Below, one piece after another: positions 16,746 through 26,749 of a stretch of 36,680 bases of DNA. Origin of the DNA: a virus (taxonomy: Duplodnaviria; Caudoviricetes). The notes under the pieces were generated by a model. It did no database searches. It was not told the DNA's origin and saw only the letters and a list, made by a program, of their open reading frames with translations. The stretch lies in IMG/VR virus record IMGVR_UViG_3300048577_000538, positions 1 through 36,680 of that record; one strand, written 5' to 3'. Numbering within the stretch: the first letter of the stretch is position 1; every line of letters starts with the position of its first letter. A program made the position numbers and the translations under genes.

Positions 16746-19121
16746 TCAGAAAACAATTGCGGTGCCGCGCCAGACCGCGCTTGGCGGGTCAATCGCCGCC
16801 GTGGTGATATTGTTTGCGCGAAAGGTTAGGGTATTTGCAGCGCTGATAAATGCCTGCACGATGATGCCAGGAGTCGGAGCGGCAGGAGGGCCGACTTCCA
16901 CGCTGGAATTTACCGTGGCTCCGGTGAGCACGGCGGCAATGTCGGCGTATCCACCTGCCGCGATACTGGGAAAATCTAGGGTGGCCGTTGCGGTGAGGAT
17001 CTTTGTCACGGTCGGACCACCATTCAGCGAGACCCCGCCGGTGAACGCCCAATTCGTCCCGTCGTGTTGCGCCTTGATCGCGCCCACTCCGTTCGCAAAA
17101 ATGATGTTATTCGTGAGCGCGGCTGCGAGCCCCCCCACATTCGCTCCGACAATTGTATTTCCAGAGCCGGTGGTGATCCCGCGGCCTGTATTGCTACCTA
17201 TTGCGGTATTACCCGTCGCCTCGGTGGAGATGGACCACCAGCCTGTTTCGGTCGCGACAAAAGTCGCGGTGAAATAAAAAGTGTTCGCATCGATCACCGT
17301 GATCGACTTGTCGCCATTATATGAGGTCGTGCCCGAGATTGTCCGCGTGACCGTTCCGGTGAGTCCGTGTGCGGTGGAAGTCGCGACGACGGTTCCCGGG
17401 ACTATCCCGGAATAATCCGCAAATGCGGTGATCGCTTTGCTTGTTGGTCGTAGATCATACAGCGCGTTGAACCCAATTCCGCAATTGTACGATGCTGTCG
17501 TGTTGTTATACAGAGCGTTTGTCCCTATCCCGGTATTGTAATTCCCGGTCGTTGTGCGGTACATCGCGCTTGATCCAATCGCGACGCAGAAATTGGCATT
17601 GGTGACGCTCCAGAGCGAGGAATGCCCAATCCCGATATCGTCACTGCCGGTGGATAGGCTTACGAGTGACTCATTTCCAATCCCGACATCGTTTGATCCT
17701 GTTGTGCAATATGCAAGTGAGCTAGATCCGATGGCCACATGCCCTCCGCCTGTAGTATTTCGATATAGTGCACCATTCCCTATCGCCACGATGTTTGCTC
17801 CTGTCGTTGTGGCCTTGAGTGTACCTGCTCCTATGGCTATATCTCCGCCGCCAGTGGTAATGCTGTACATCGACTGGTAACCTATAGCAATGCTACCAAA
17901 GGTGGTCGTAGTAGTGTTTCCTGCTCCGCCAAAAAAGAATGATGTCAGTGATGCATTTGCGGATACAACAGTAGTCCCTCCAATACTGTATGATAAACCG
18001 GAAGGAACATTTGCTCCGCCTCCGAAGCTTGCCGCTGCCGTGCTCGAAAGAGTCGTGAATGCTCCTGTGTTCGGGGTGGTTGTACCAATCGGCCCAGGCG
18101 CCGCGAATGTCGCACCGTTGATCGAGGTGACTGTGAGCACGCCAGTGCTCGAAAGTGTCGCATTGCCCGTGATTGCCTGGGCCACGTAGCCCGTGCCAGC
18201 GGCATTGCCGATGAGCAATTTCCCGGAGGCCGCTCCGAGGGAGAATGCCGCGACGGCATCGGTGACTGTCTTCGCCGAGGCGGCGGCTTCAGTTGCTTTA
18301 GTCGTCGCGGTCCCGGCGGCCGTCTCGGCTCCAGTACGCGCCGTCTGAGCTGCGGTCTTGTCAGCTGCTACCGCTATCCGGTCCAGTGCTGTTTGCGCAG
18401 CGTCGGCATCTGCGGCTACCTTGGCTGCTATGGCGGCATTCGCGTTTGTCAGCGCGTTTTGCTCATGCGCCGCCGAATTTGTTTCGGAGGTTTTCGAATT
18501 CGCCTCTGAAGTTTTTGCGCGCTGCTCCGAAAGCAGGGCGGCAGCGGAAGAGTTTCCCGCTTCGGTCTCCGAAATCTTCGCGGCGTTCTCTGATGCTTTG
18601 GAATTCTCCTCTGATGTTTTCGCCGCGCCCTCTGAATTTGCGGCGTTGATCTCGGAAGTCTTCGCTGCTTTCTCTGATGATATCGCGGCGACCGATGAGG
18701 CTTCTGCCGAAGATGCGGCAATCACGGCTTCAGCCGCGATCTGCGCCGGTTCTGTAGTGTTTATCGGGATACTCGTTGCTGTTTCGCGAGTAATTTCCTT
18801 TGAAAGTAATAGAACACCTTTCGCAACCGTGAGGACAGTTGAAGGGTCAAGAATTAGCTGAGCCTGAATGTCGTATAGGAGCTGGGTATCGCTCAATCCC
18901 TTCGTGTCGACATGGACCAGGGAAACAAGCGCGTTTGTGCCTGAAGCAACGAGACCGAGCCCCACTGTCTTTTGAATTTTCGCCGACGCATCCGGGTCCG
19001 TCTCTTTCGACTTCGCGGTGAAAATGAGAGCGTATCCCGTCGGGTCAAAAGGGTGCCCATCGTACACCAGCGGGATGGTGTGCGTTTTCGAGTCTCCACG
19101 GTATTGCCTAAGATCGCTCAT
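16746..19121 (-). CDS. Trimeric fibre protein (BppU-like N-domain, Stf-like Ala/Ser coiled-coil repeats, YadA-head-like beta-roll repeats)
   Basis: YRGDS..LYDIQ N-domain; AAKTSE.NA repeats; 14-residue TTGxxNxAIGxxAL repeats. Confidence 0.85.
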   Translation of the reverse strand: MSDLRQYRGDSKTHTIPLVYDGHPFDPTGYALIFTAKSKETDPDASAKIQKTVGLGLVASGTNALVSLVHVDTKGLSDTQLLYDIQAQLILDPSTVLTVAKGVLLLSKEITRETATSIPINTTEPAQIAAEAVIAASSAEASSVAAISSEKAAKTSEINAANSEGAAKTSEENSKASENAAKISETEAGNSSAAALLSEQRAKTSEANSKTSETNSAAHEQNALTNANAAIAAKVAADADAAQTALDRIAVAADKTAAQTARTGAETAAGTATTKATEAAASAKTVTDAVAAFSLGAASGKLLIGNAAGTGYVAQAITGNATLSSTGVLTVTSINGATFAAPGPIGTTTPNTGAFTTLSSTAAASFGGGANVPSGLSYSIGGTTVVSANASLTSFFFGGAGNTTTTTFGSIAIGYQSMYSITTGGGDIAIGAGTLKATTTGANIVAIGNGALYRNTTGGGHVAIGSSSLAYCTTGSNDVGIGNESLVSLSTGSDDIGIGHSSLWSVTNANFCVAIGSSAMYRTTTGNYNTGIGTNALYNNTTASYNCGIGFNALYDLRPTSKAITAFADYSGIVPGTVVATSTAHGLTGTVTRTISGTTSYNGDKSITVIDANTFYFTATFVATETGWWSISTEATGNTAIGSNTGRGITTGSGNTIVGANVGGLAAALTNNIIFANGVGAIKAQHDGTNWAFTGGVSLNGGPTVTKILTATATLDFPSIAAGGYADIAAVLTGATVNSSVEVGPPAAPTPGIIVQAFISAANTLTFRANNITTAAIDPPSAVWRGTAIVF

Positions 19122-19429
19122 GGAATTGATACAAGTATGGGTGTGTATCCAGTTGTCGGATCTTCCATAGGCTCACGGATAACCGTATAGCGCTTTCCGT
19201 CTTTCGTAATGACGTTGCCCCTTGTCGGAGCAGGAGATGGAAGGCTGGCGGACTTGACCATGATTTCTATCATTCGGTCAGGTCCTCCGGCCAAACGTGG
19301 ATCATCGGTTTTTAAGGCCGACGATATGCCGATAAAAGACGCTGCGCCGAAGTACCAAAGCGGATCTCCGCTTTCTTGGGCGAGTTCGTCGAAGCCCTCT
19401 TCGAAGGCGTCTTTTATCGGCGATGACAT
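19118..19429 (-). CDS. Head-tail joining protein (gpFII-like)
   Basis: 103 aa with PTRGNVITKDGKRYTV beta-barrel pattern; position. Confidence 0.7.
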   Translation of the reverse strand: MSSPIKDAFEEGFDELAQESGDPLWYFGAASFIGISSALKTDDPRLAGGPDRMIEIMVKSASLPSPAPTRGNVITKDGKRYTVIREPMEDPTTGYTPILVSIP

Positions 19430-19432
19430 GGA

Positions 19433-19831
19433 TCAGAACAGCAGAGCCAGCGTCATGCTTTTCGCGGTGTTATCTCCGCCTGCGGCAGCAATAGCAGCCG
19501 TTGCGCGGATATAGCGTTTCGTCCCGGACGGAATCCGGACCGTGCGCGTCGCGGAAGCAGCTCCAGCTGAACCCGCACCCGTTAGGACCAACGTTGCAAA
19601 TGAGGCGATGGCGGAAAACGTGATGTTGTCGGCGCTCTCTTCGAGAGTGACGGTGCACGTTTTGGTGTCAGCGAGACTGGGCAGTGCTGAGACAGCAAGC
19701 TCGAGCTCGACGCGCTCGAACGCAGCGTCAACGACCTGAAGGTCGAGCGCGGCAGTCGATGCAGAAGCTCCAGCTGCTGGAAGTGCGACGGTCTTAATGA
19801 GCGCCGCATCTTTGATTGAGCGAGTAGCCAT
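19433..19831 (-). CDS. Capsid decoration / cement-like protein
   Basis: Ala/Thr-rich beta protein with LEESADNITF and KRYIRA motifs, directly after the capsid gene. Confidence 0.65.
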   Translation of the reverse strand: MATRSIKDAALIKTVALPAAGASASTAALDLQVVDAAFERVELELAVSALPSLADTKTCTVTLEESADNITFSAIASFATLVLTGAGSAGAASATRTVRIPSGTKRYIRATAAIAAAGGDNTAKSMTLALLF

Positions 19832-19855
19832 TTTTTGGATTCTCCTTTTTGATTG

Positions 19856-20773
19856 TTACGAGGCGGCGGCGACCGCGATTGAGTCCGTTTCCTGAATAGG
19901 AACGTCGGCCAAACTCGTGGGGATCGGCGCAAAAGCGTCGCCCTTTCCGGAGTCCTTCTGACCAAGCGTGGCGGTACGTGAGGACTGAAGATAAAACTTC
20001 GCGTCACGACTCATGAACCAACGGGTCGGCTTGCGACCGACGGGGAACTTGGCAACGAGCTTGTTTCCGAGCGAGTCATTGAGCGGCTTCGCTTCGGTGA
20101 TGTTTTTGATGCAGCCAATCGAGTATTTTGTCGAAAGGTTGAGACCAAGCCATCCCCGGAAGTTGTTCACGAACGCCATGAACGCCTTCGCGGAATCAGC
20201 AGAGTCGCGGACCTGCTGCTTCACCCACTCACCCAAAGCGAGTTCGCCATTGTTCCCGATAGGGAAATAAACGCCGTCGCGATCATTCTCGTAGATCGCC
20301 CAAGCGGTATGCGTGCTGGAGCCCGTTCCGCCAGCATCGACAACCATTGAGGCATCGACATTGGCCTTGAATCCAGCGAAGCCCTTAGCGTCGGCGCTGA
20401 TTCCATCGTACACCTGCTTTCCGATGGAGATGAAGGAATTTTGGACAGAGCCCGCGGCCTCATTCGCGAGAATGTCACCAACGTGACCAGGGTCAGCGCT
20501 GACGATTGCCTCGTCAATCTGAAGCTGGGAATCGAGGAAGAAGCACGGGACGATGCGCTGCTCGTAAGTGGAAGACCCTGGAGTAACACCTTCATTGGGG
20601 CGTCGGAAACCGGAACCAGGAAGTCCAGTGCGGAACGTTGCGCGGTAAGATGTGCCGTCGATGGGACGCATCGGAATCGTGCGGAACTCGGGGGCGACCG
20701 TCAGCACTTCCTCAATGAGGCCGACGACGGGATCACTGCCGGTGCGCTTTGCAATATCAAGAAGAGTAAGCAT
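19856..20773 (-). CDS. Major capsid protein (HK97 fold)
   Basis: LTLLDIAK...IEEV...LPGSGFRRPNEGV...VPIQETDSI pattern; follows the protease gene. Confidence 0.88.
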   Translation of the reverse strand: MLTLLDIAKRTGSDPVVGLIEEVLTVAPEFRTIPMRPIDGTSYRATFRTGLPGSGFRRPNEGVTPGSSTYEQRIVPCFFLDSQLQIDEAIVSADPGHVGDILANEAAGSVQNSFISIGKQVYDGISADAKGFAGFKANVDASMVVDAGGTGSSTHTAWAIYENDRDGVYFPIGNNGELALGEWVKQQVRDSADSAKAFMAFVNNFRGWLGLNLSTKYSIGCIKNITEAKPLNDSLGNKLVAKFPVGRKPTRWFMSRDAKFYLQSSRTATLGQKDSGKGDAFAPIPTSLADVPIQETDSIAVAAAS

Positions 20774-20788
20774 GTAATGTTTCTCCGG

Positions 20789-21877
20789 TTACAGGGTGAT
20801 AGACTTGTTGAAGGCGGCGGCGATTCGAGCGCAGCCAGTAAGCTCGGACGCTTGGGTCGGGGTCGGCTTAAAGGCTCCGACGGGAGCGACGCCACGGGGG
20901 GCAGAAGCCTCAGGCATGGAGTCGATCATGGACTTTGTTCCAGCCGCGTCTCGGATGTAGGACTCAACCCACTTTGCTCGGAGGTCCTTGTCATCCTTGA
21001 TTTTCTTGGCGGCCACGGCGGCAGAAACGGCGCCCTCGGCTTCGGCCTTGATGGCGGCGGAGAGCTTATCATTGACGGCCTTCATGGAGTTTTCGGAAGC
21101 GGTGAGCTTGTCCGTCAGCTCCTTATTTGCGACAGCCTGAGAGGCTAGCGCGGCGGTCAGTTGAGAGACCGCGACATCTTCAGTAGCATCAGCGGAGGCA
21201 ATGAGTTTCGCCTCCACCAACGCCTTCAGCAGATTTTTCATAACTTGTGGTGTTGATGTTTGGTTGGTGGGGGCCTCGTGGCCTCCAGAAATTTTATCCG
21301 GGACGTTCCCGAAACGGTTCAGATCGAAGCTCACTGAAACACGCACCGGTGCGTTTATTTCATCGACGAGTCCCCACGCCTTCGCTTCCTGCGCGGTGAA
21401 CCAGGTAATGGCGCTCATTGCGCTCTTCACTTCAGCTTCGCTTTTACCTGACTTTGTGACGTAGACGTTGACCAGTGCTCCTTCGAGCTTGTCGAGCAGG
21501 TCGGCCATTTCGCGCATGTCCTTACTTTCTCCATACGCGCCACCGTTTGGGCGATGAATCATTATGGTCGCGTTCTCAGAGGCCACTGTTCGCTTTCCGG
21601 CAAGCGCGATTACTGAAGCCATGGACGCCGCAAGACCGATGATCTTTGCGGTTACCTTGTCCCGGCGTTCGGCAAGCAGATTGTAAATTGCGAATCCGTC
21701 GAAGATAGATCCGCCCGGGCTGTTGATTCTGAGCGTGATGTCGCGGTCTGCCGGGACTGATTTCAGCGCGTCGGCAAAGTTTTTTACCGTGACACCAAAA
21801 AGCCCGATCTCGTCGAAAATATCAATTTCCGCGCAGGGCGCAGTTGCTAGATTTGTGATAGTAAACCAAGTTCTCAT
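20789..21877 (-). CDS. ClpP-like prohead protease with C-terminal scaffold
   Basis: RINSPGGSIFDG, AASMASVI, IMIHRP, TWFTAQEA; coiled-coil tail; start reassigned to 21877 (ATGA overlap). Confidence 0.93.
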   Translation of the reverse strand: MRTWFTITNLATAPCAEIDIFDEIGLFGVTVKNFADALKSVPADRDITLRINSPGGSIFDGFAIYNLLAERRDKVTAKIIGLAASMASVIALAGKRTVASENATIMIHRPNGGAYGESKDMREMADLLDKLEGALVNVYVTKSGKSEAEVKSAMSAITWFTAQEAKAWGLVDEINAPVRVSVSFDLNRFGNVPDKISGGHEAPTNQTSTPQVMKNLLKALVEAKLIASADATEDVAVSQLTAALASQAVANKELTDKLTASENSMKAVNDKLSAAIKAEAEGAVSAAVAAKKIKDDKDLRAKWVESYIRDAAGTKSMIDSMPEASAPRGVAPVGAFKPTPTQASELTGCARIAAAFNKSITL

Positions 21878-23583
21878 TTTGATCCTGAGTTGTCTTCGCC
21901 GGATTGCGGGGCTCCGCCTGCGGCTTCGGTTGTCGCCTCGGTCTCTGCGTTGGCTTGCTCGATGCTTGTAAGCGTAATCGGGCGACGGGTTCCGCCATCG
22001 TCTTCCCATGATTTCTTCACGGCGTCCGGCGTCTCGGGCAGATCCATCTTCTTGCGGAGCGCCGTTTCGTCCTCCTCGTTCGGTGTGATCGCGCCCGCTC
22101 GAACACCAACGCCGTAAGCGTCGGCATATTCTTTTGCGGATACAGCAACCGACGGAATTATTGGAGATCCTTGCTGACCATAAAGTCGATTAACCAGAAT
22201 TCCACGCGGGAGACTGGCGGCGATCTCCTCCGAGATGACTGTCGAGAGTTCGACCGCGAGTTGATGGACGTGTTTTCTCCAAGAGACGCCATACTGGCCA
22301 CATCCCTCCTGGAGGGTCATGTTCCCGGTGCGGATGTCCTCACGGTCTTGAGCCGATACCCGCCCGGCGTCTGCCGTCGCAGCAGGGGGGCCATACCATT
22401 CAGCAGACCTCCAATCAGGCGGTGCGTCACTCAGGGCACCGTCTTCGATTTCTCCCTCGATAACGTACTCGTAGATCTCCTGAAAACCTTGAACCAGCAC
22501 CAACTGCCAGACCTTCGCCACTCGATCTAAAATAGCCAAGTCGCGGCGAGTATCAGCACCGCCGACCTTGAGTTGCCGGACGACGGACGGAGGAAGATTG
22601 TATGCCAGGCAAATCAGCTCGGCCAGAAAGTCGACGAACCCCTGCCATGCAGGGCCCGGACGTTTCGGCTCGTATGGCGTGTAAGAGTCGCCGTTTTTTA
22701 TCACCTTTGCCTCGACGCCAAAAACGCTCTTGTAGTACGCCTCTCCAGATTCACCAGTAGTATCTGTCCGGATACTGTGCCCTGGAAGGTCGTTATCGGA
22801 TTCTCCGCTCTGTGTTGAAATTATATCCGACTTAGTTGCTGTGTCTTTAACCGCTGCTTTCTCCAGCCCAAGAATATCGTGAAGATCAATCGCGGTCGTA
22901 AGAGCAGAAGCCGCAAGACTGACTCCCCTTCCCTGGCCTGCTCGCTCGATATTCGCGAAATGGACAACGCCATCAGCCAGTCTTTCGGTTTCATTCAAGA
23001 CCCCGAGGGAGTCAGTCTCTTGGAAGATGTATTTCGCAGGGCTTCCGTCGCTGTCCGCAATTATTCCGTCATCGTTCTTCGCGGGGTTCAGGACCGTGTT
23101 CCTGCTTCCAACTTGGTCGCCCTCGACAAGCTGGATTCGGGATCGTCCGCTCTTATTGTACGTTTTTAGGACGAATATGTCTCCGTCGACGATCATCGAC
23201 CTGAAGATAATTTCCTGAAGCTTCGCGAAACTCTGCCCAGAGCAAATATCGGGTTTCTTTGCCCACGCGTCGAAGACGGCTTGGGCTCGAAGATTCCATT
23301 TCTCGTTCGAGCTCGAAGGCTCTGGACGTATCCCAGTTCCAACCGTGAACGTCACAAGCCTCTCGGTAACAGCTTTTCCAAGTGGGTTATTTTTCCAGAT
23401 CGCCCGCGAAATCCGCAATAGTTCTCGGCGCGTGAAACGGTTAATATCCTTCTTTGCGCTTTGAACAACTCCCGGTAGGTAAGAACGCACTACATTGCGT
23501 TGCGCCCCCTCGTAATAGGCACGTATCTCTTTTGCTGATACTGGCCTATCAAACGCATCATAAAGCTTTGCCTGTGCGATCAT
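21874..23583 (-). CDS. Portal protein, lambda family
   Basis: YEGA, R.ISR...NNP, VGTGI.P, DGD.F and Q.RGVS motifs. Confidence 0.92.
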   Translation of the reverse strand: MIAQAKLYDAFDRPVSAKEIRAYYEGAQRNVVRSYLPGVVQSAKKDINRFTRRELLRISRAIWKNNPLGKAVTERLVTFTVGTGIRPEPSSSNEKWNLRAQAVFDAWAKKPDICSGQSFAKLQEIIFRSMIVDGDIFVLKTYNKSGRSRIQLVEGDQVGSRNTVLNPAKNDDGIIADSDGSPAKYIFQETDSLGVLNETERLADGVVHFANIERAGQGRGVSLAASALTTAIDLHDILGLEKAAVKDTATKSDIISTQSGESDNDLPGHSIRTDTTGESGEAYYKSVFGVEAKVIKNGDSYTPYEPKRPGPAWQGFVDFLAELICLAYNLPPSVVRQLKVGGADTRRDLAILDRVAKVWQLVLVQGFQEIYEYVIEGEIEDGALSDAPPDWRSAEWYGPPAATADAGRVSAQDREDIRTGNMTLQEGCGQYGVSWRKHVHQLAVELSTVISEEIAASLPRGILVNRLYGQQGSPIIPSVAVSAKEYADAYGVGVRAGAITPNEEDETALRKKMDLPETPDAVKKSWEDDGGTRRPITLTSIEQANAETEATTEAAGGAPQSGEDNSGSK

Positions 23584-23945
23584 AGGCGAAGTCCCGTGAA
23601 GTTGAGCGGAATAGAGCGGACCGGAACGACTGAAGCCAGCAGCGCGGTTTGCAGCTCTGCGTCTGATGCGCCGGGCACTTTTGCGAGTATGGAATCAACC
23701 CTGTCGAGTAGCAAAGAGCAGACTTCTGCGATATCGACCGCGCTCAATCCATTGAGAGGAGGAAGGGAGAATGTTACCGAGCTCCCGCCCGCTGTGGTTC
23801 CGGAAAGAACCTTACCTTTTGCAGTGTCGGTCAGCTTTGCGCGTGCGGCACACTTCAGCGCTTCGCAAAACGAAACGCCTTTCTCCTCTGCGTCCCATGC
23901 CAGGCCTCGGATAAAAAGCCTTGTAAATCCAGAGCTTGCTCCCAC
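23580..23945 (-). CDS. Head-tail adaptor (gpW-like position)
   Basis: Between terminase and portal; GGSSVTFS hairpin; non-ATG start. Confidence 0.6.
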   Translation of the reverse strand: MGASSGFTRLFIRGLAWDAEEKGVSFCEALKCAARAKLTDTAKGKVLSGTTAGGSSVTFSLPPLNGLSAVDIAEVCSLLLDRVDSILAKVPGASDAELQTALLASVVPVRSIPLNFTGLRL

Positions 23946-24012
23946 GTATCCATCAGCGAACCACAGAAACGATCCAGCAATAGCTCAGATGCGCACAATT
24001 GCGCACCATTAA

Positions 24013-24207
24013 TTAAACCGACGCCAGTAGCTCCTTCCGCGTGCACGGAGGAGGATTTCTGACTAACCACGAGCGGGCCTCTGCGACCGTCGCTTTCCCT
24101 CCAGGCATCAGAAATCCGCGCCTGCGCATATGGGTTACGTATCTGCGCGACCTGCCAAGCTCCGAAGCGAGTTCCTTGATGGTGAGAAGTTTGTCGGATT
24201 GGGTCAT
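24013..24207 (-). CDS. Small winged-HTH protein (Nu1/excisionase-like)
   Basis: LLTIKELASELGRSRRYV..MRRRG...ARSWL; ATGA overlap with the terminase large subunit. Confidence 0.65.
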   Translation of the reverse strand: MTQSDKLLTIKELASELGRSRRYVTHMRRRGFLMPGGKATVAEARSWLVRNPPPCTRKELLASV

Positions 24208-26066
24208 GACTCAGGTGTTTGATTAATGTGCTCTGGCGCTTTCCACTCTTCACCAACGGGGGTTTCGGTTCCGTTTTCCGATACAACATCAGGCGATTCA
24301 TCCAGGTTAAACCATCCGGTCATGGTAGCCACGCCAAACACATACCGCTCGCCGTCCCAGCAGTGCTCCCCTTGTTTCCCCACTGTTCGCCATTCAAGCA
24401 CTTTCTGCCCTGCCTTGTTTGTAGTTGTCACGCGGACACGCGACGCCATTTGAACGCGGTAAAATTCCGGCGCATCTGCGGCCATCGTCCAACCTGCGAC
24501 ACGCCCCGATCTTGCGTTATCCAAAACCTCCGACGTCAGCTCTTCGGAAATCAATATGAGGCGGCACGACTTCCGAACTGATCCAAGAATCAGTATTGCA
24601 GGAACGGGCCGGTCGTCCGACATGCGGGACATGGTCCGATATTTCTTTTTTACTCCGCGCACTGTTTTTTCAACCAGATAACCGCCGGGGACTTTCTCGC
24701 CTTTGCACGCGAACCACCCCCAGAGACAGCAGTGCGTGTAGACGGCGTCTGTAAATTTTCCCGAGTCAACCACGACACAGTCGTCGTGAACTCCGTTCGC
24801 CACCTGAAATTCCCTCACCGATTCCCAGCTCTCAAGCCTTGCGGTGTTTGCAAGCCGTGAGTTTCGGTGATCGTCGAAAGACCTAAGCACCACCCAGAAA
24901 TGAGTCTGCTGTACATCCACAACCAAGAACCTTGCTTTTTCTTCAGGCCAAACATCCTGCATCTTGTATCCAGATATTGACTTTCCGATTTCGATTTCGG
25001 CAGGACGATCAACCCAAGCCAAGGCTAGGCGTTTTTGAAAAAACTCCTTGAGCAATTCCATCGTCCCGCGCTTCGCCGCGTCCTTGGCCTGAATGTATTC
25101 GACCGCGATTTCTCCGAGCTGTGCGAAGTCTGAACAAATGCAATTCCAACGGAATGACCAATGCTTTGGCGAAGATCCTTGAGCGGGGTCCGTGTAATAC
25201 TCGATGCCGTTGTTTAGTGTGTATCCATTTGCCGCTGACACAGGGATCAGGTTCCCGCATAGCTGGCACTGGTATGCGGTGCTCTTCACAACCTTATCCC
25301 AATCCCAAGAACCGTTCTCTCTCTTCGCTTCCTTACTCCAGACTACGCCGCCGACCTCTCCTTTTCCGAACGTCCATTTTGGAACACTGAGCCGTTTGCA
25401 CGACGGGCAAAATATCTGCCGCTCTTGCCTCGTCCCTTGGTTAAAGGCCTTGTCTGTCTCATCTCCCTCCATTGATCCGGTTGAGAGCTCGAGAATCGTT
25501 CGGTTGTGCGAGAAGCGTGTCGTGCGCTTGTGTGCTGCGGCCAACATACCCGGTGGCCACAAGTGCGTCTCGTCGCAGATCATGTGCCGGATGTGCTTGC
25601 TCTGCACGTTACCCAAGTTCGCTGCCTGGATCACGAATGACATGTGCGGGAAGTGGATCGCCTGCGTCCGTTTCATGTGGCGATTCTCCGGGAACCAACG
25701 CGAAACCCTCTCGCACGATGCAAGGAATCTTTGCACTCGCGTCTCTGCAAATTCCTTCGCCGCCTCCTCGTCCTGTGCGTACCAGACTGAGAAACCCGGA
25801 GCATTATCAATCACCCACGACAAGAACACCTCTCCGATAGTTGACTTTCCCCCGGCGGCTGGGGCAAGCACCGTTACTCGTTTCGGTCCGGGTTGCCCCA
25901 GTATCCGAAGCGGCATTACGATTTGCGGGGTGTGGTCGGTTGTGAAGTCGCCTTCCCATGGGGACCACGGTCCCACCTTAACGAATTTCCTAGCCCACTC
26001 ATCAAGGAGTAAGTCCGTCGGAGGCGTGAACGCGGCTAAATATGGGTCTGTAATCTCAGTCAGCAT
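24204..26066 (-). CDS. terL: Terminase large subunit, lambda gpA family
   Basis: Walker A variant AAGGKS, Walker B ICDE, LST coupling motif, CPSC/CQLC Zn motif, nuclease VDVQ, DSG and EHCWD. Confidence 0.95.
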   Translation of the reverse strand: MLTEITDPYLAAFTPPTDLLLDEWARKFVKVGPWSPWEGDFTTDHTPQIVMPLRILGQPGPKRVTVLAPAAGGKSTIGEVFLSWVIDNAPGFSVWYAQDEEAAKEFAETRVQRFLASCERVSRWFPENRHMKRTQAIHFPHMSFVIQAANLGNVQSKHIRHMICDETHLWPPGMLAAAHKRTTRFSHNRTILELSTGSMEGDETDKAFNQGTRQERQIFCPSCKRLSVPKWTFGKGEVGGVVWSKEAKRENGSWDWDKVVKSTAYQCQLCGNLIPVSAANGYTLNNGIEYYTDPAQGSSPKHWSFRWNCICSDFAQLGEIAVEYIQAKDAAKRGTMELLKEFFQKRLALAWVDRPAEIEIGKSISGYKMQDVWPEEKARFLVVDVQQTHFWVVLRSFDDHRNSRLANTARLESWESVREFQVANGVHDDCVVVDSGKFTDAVYTHCCLWGWFACKGEKVPGGYLVEKTVRGVKKKYRTMSRMSDDRPVPAILILGSVRKSCRLILISEELTSEVLDNARSGRVAGWTMAADAPEFYRVQMASRVRVTTTNKAGQKVLEWRTVGKQGEHCWDGERYVFGVATMTGWFNLDESPDVVSENGTETPVGEEWKAPEHINQTPES

Positions 26067-26550
26067 ACGCGTTTGGTTGGCTCAATATCGTGCGCACTTC
26101 TCGCAGCGCAGAACGGTTCATGTCGGCTATCTTTTCGGCAGGCATACCCTCTTCTTTTGGCGGCAACTCGGTCTCGAATTTCTGCTGCATGATTGCGCAT
26201 GCCTTGGAAGCGGCGGAAGTCATGTCTGCCCGTACTTGGTCTCGTGATACAAGCCTGCCCTTCGTCTCATCCAGCTCCATTTCCGCCGTGAGCGCCTGCG
26301 CTCGTTTCAGTCGGAGGGACCAGTTTGTATTTTCGCTGTCCGCATCTGCCCGAAAAAGCCAGCGAAGTAGCGGCTCTAAATGTACGCGGTTTGCCTGGTC
26401 AAAAGCGGCGCACCCGTCCTTTTTTGCCTGCTGCTGCACGGGCTTCGGGATTCCCGTAGCCGCCTCACACGACTGCATTGACGAGAAAACCGGCAATAAT
26501 TGCCTACCTTCGTCAAGTTTTGTGTGTGTTTTTTGGTTTTTTGCTCTCAT
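26056..26550 (-). CDS. terS: Terminase small subunit (Nu1-like)
   Basis: Upstream of and overlapping terL; HTH-like N-terminus; LKRAQA...ELDETKGRLV coiled coil. Confidence 0.8.
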   Translation of the reverse strand: MRAKNQKTHTKLDEGRQLLPVFSSMQSCEAATGIPKPVQQQAKKDGCAAFDQANRVHLEPLLRWLFRADADSENTNWSLRLKRAQALTAEMELDETKGRLVSRDQVRADMTSAASKACAIMQQKFETELPPKEEGMPAEKIADMNRSALREVRTILSQPNAYAD

Positions 26551-26561
26551 GGATTTGTTTC

Positions 26562-26608
26562 GCAGTCCTGCGGACCCTGCTGGGCATCAGTAACTTGAAA
26601 AGATTCCT
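26562..26608 (-). other. Candidate cos region
   Basis: Just upstream of terS; GGAATCT followed 23 nt later by GGGTCCGCAGGAC flanked by GCA/TGC, similar in geometry to lambda cosQ-cosN. Confidence 0.35.
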
Positions 26609-26653
26609 TGCCGGGGGAGGGGCACGCCTGCCGATTATATCGGGAATTCTTTT

Positions 26654-26749
26654 TCATTTCCCGATTTGCTCAGAGAAATAATAACTCTGAGACACAAGCC
26701 CAAGCGCTCGGGCTATTTCTGCAATGGTATCATCGTTTGGGATACTCAT
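26654..26749 (-). CDS. Possible 31-aa micro-ORF (MSIPNDDTIAEIARALGLVSQSYYFSEQIGK)
   Basis: GGAGGAG RBS and ATGA overlap with the upstream ORF. Confidence 0.45.
   Translation of the reverse strand: MSIPNDDTIAEIARALGLVSQSYYFSEQIGK

Noticed and set aside
25204-26247. Long + strand ORFs antisense to structural genes (also 4984..5610, 20441..21148, 32786..33505)
   Set aside because: Shadow ORFs of well-supported - strand genes, with no motifs or RBS
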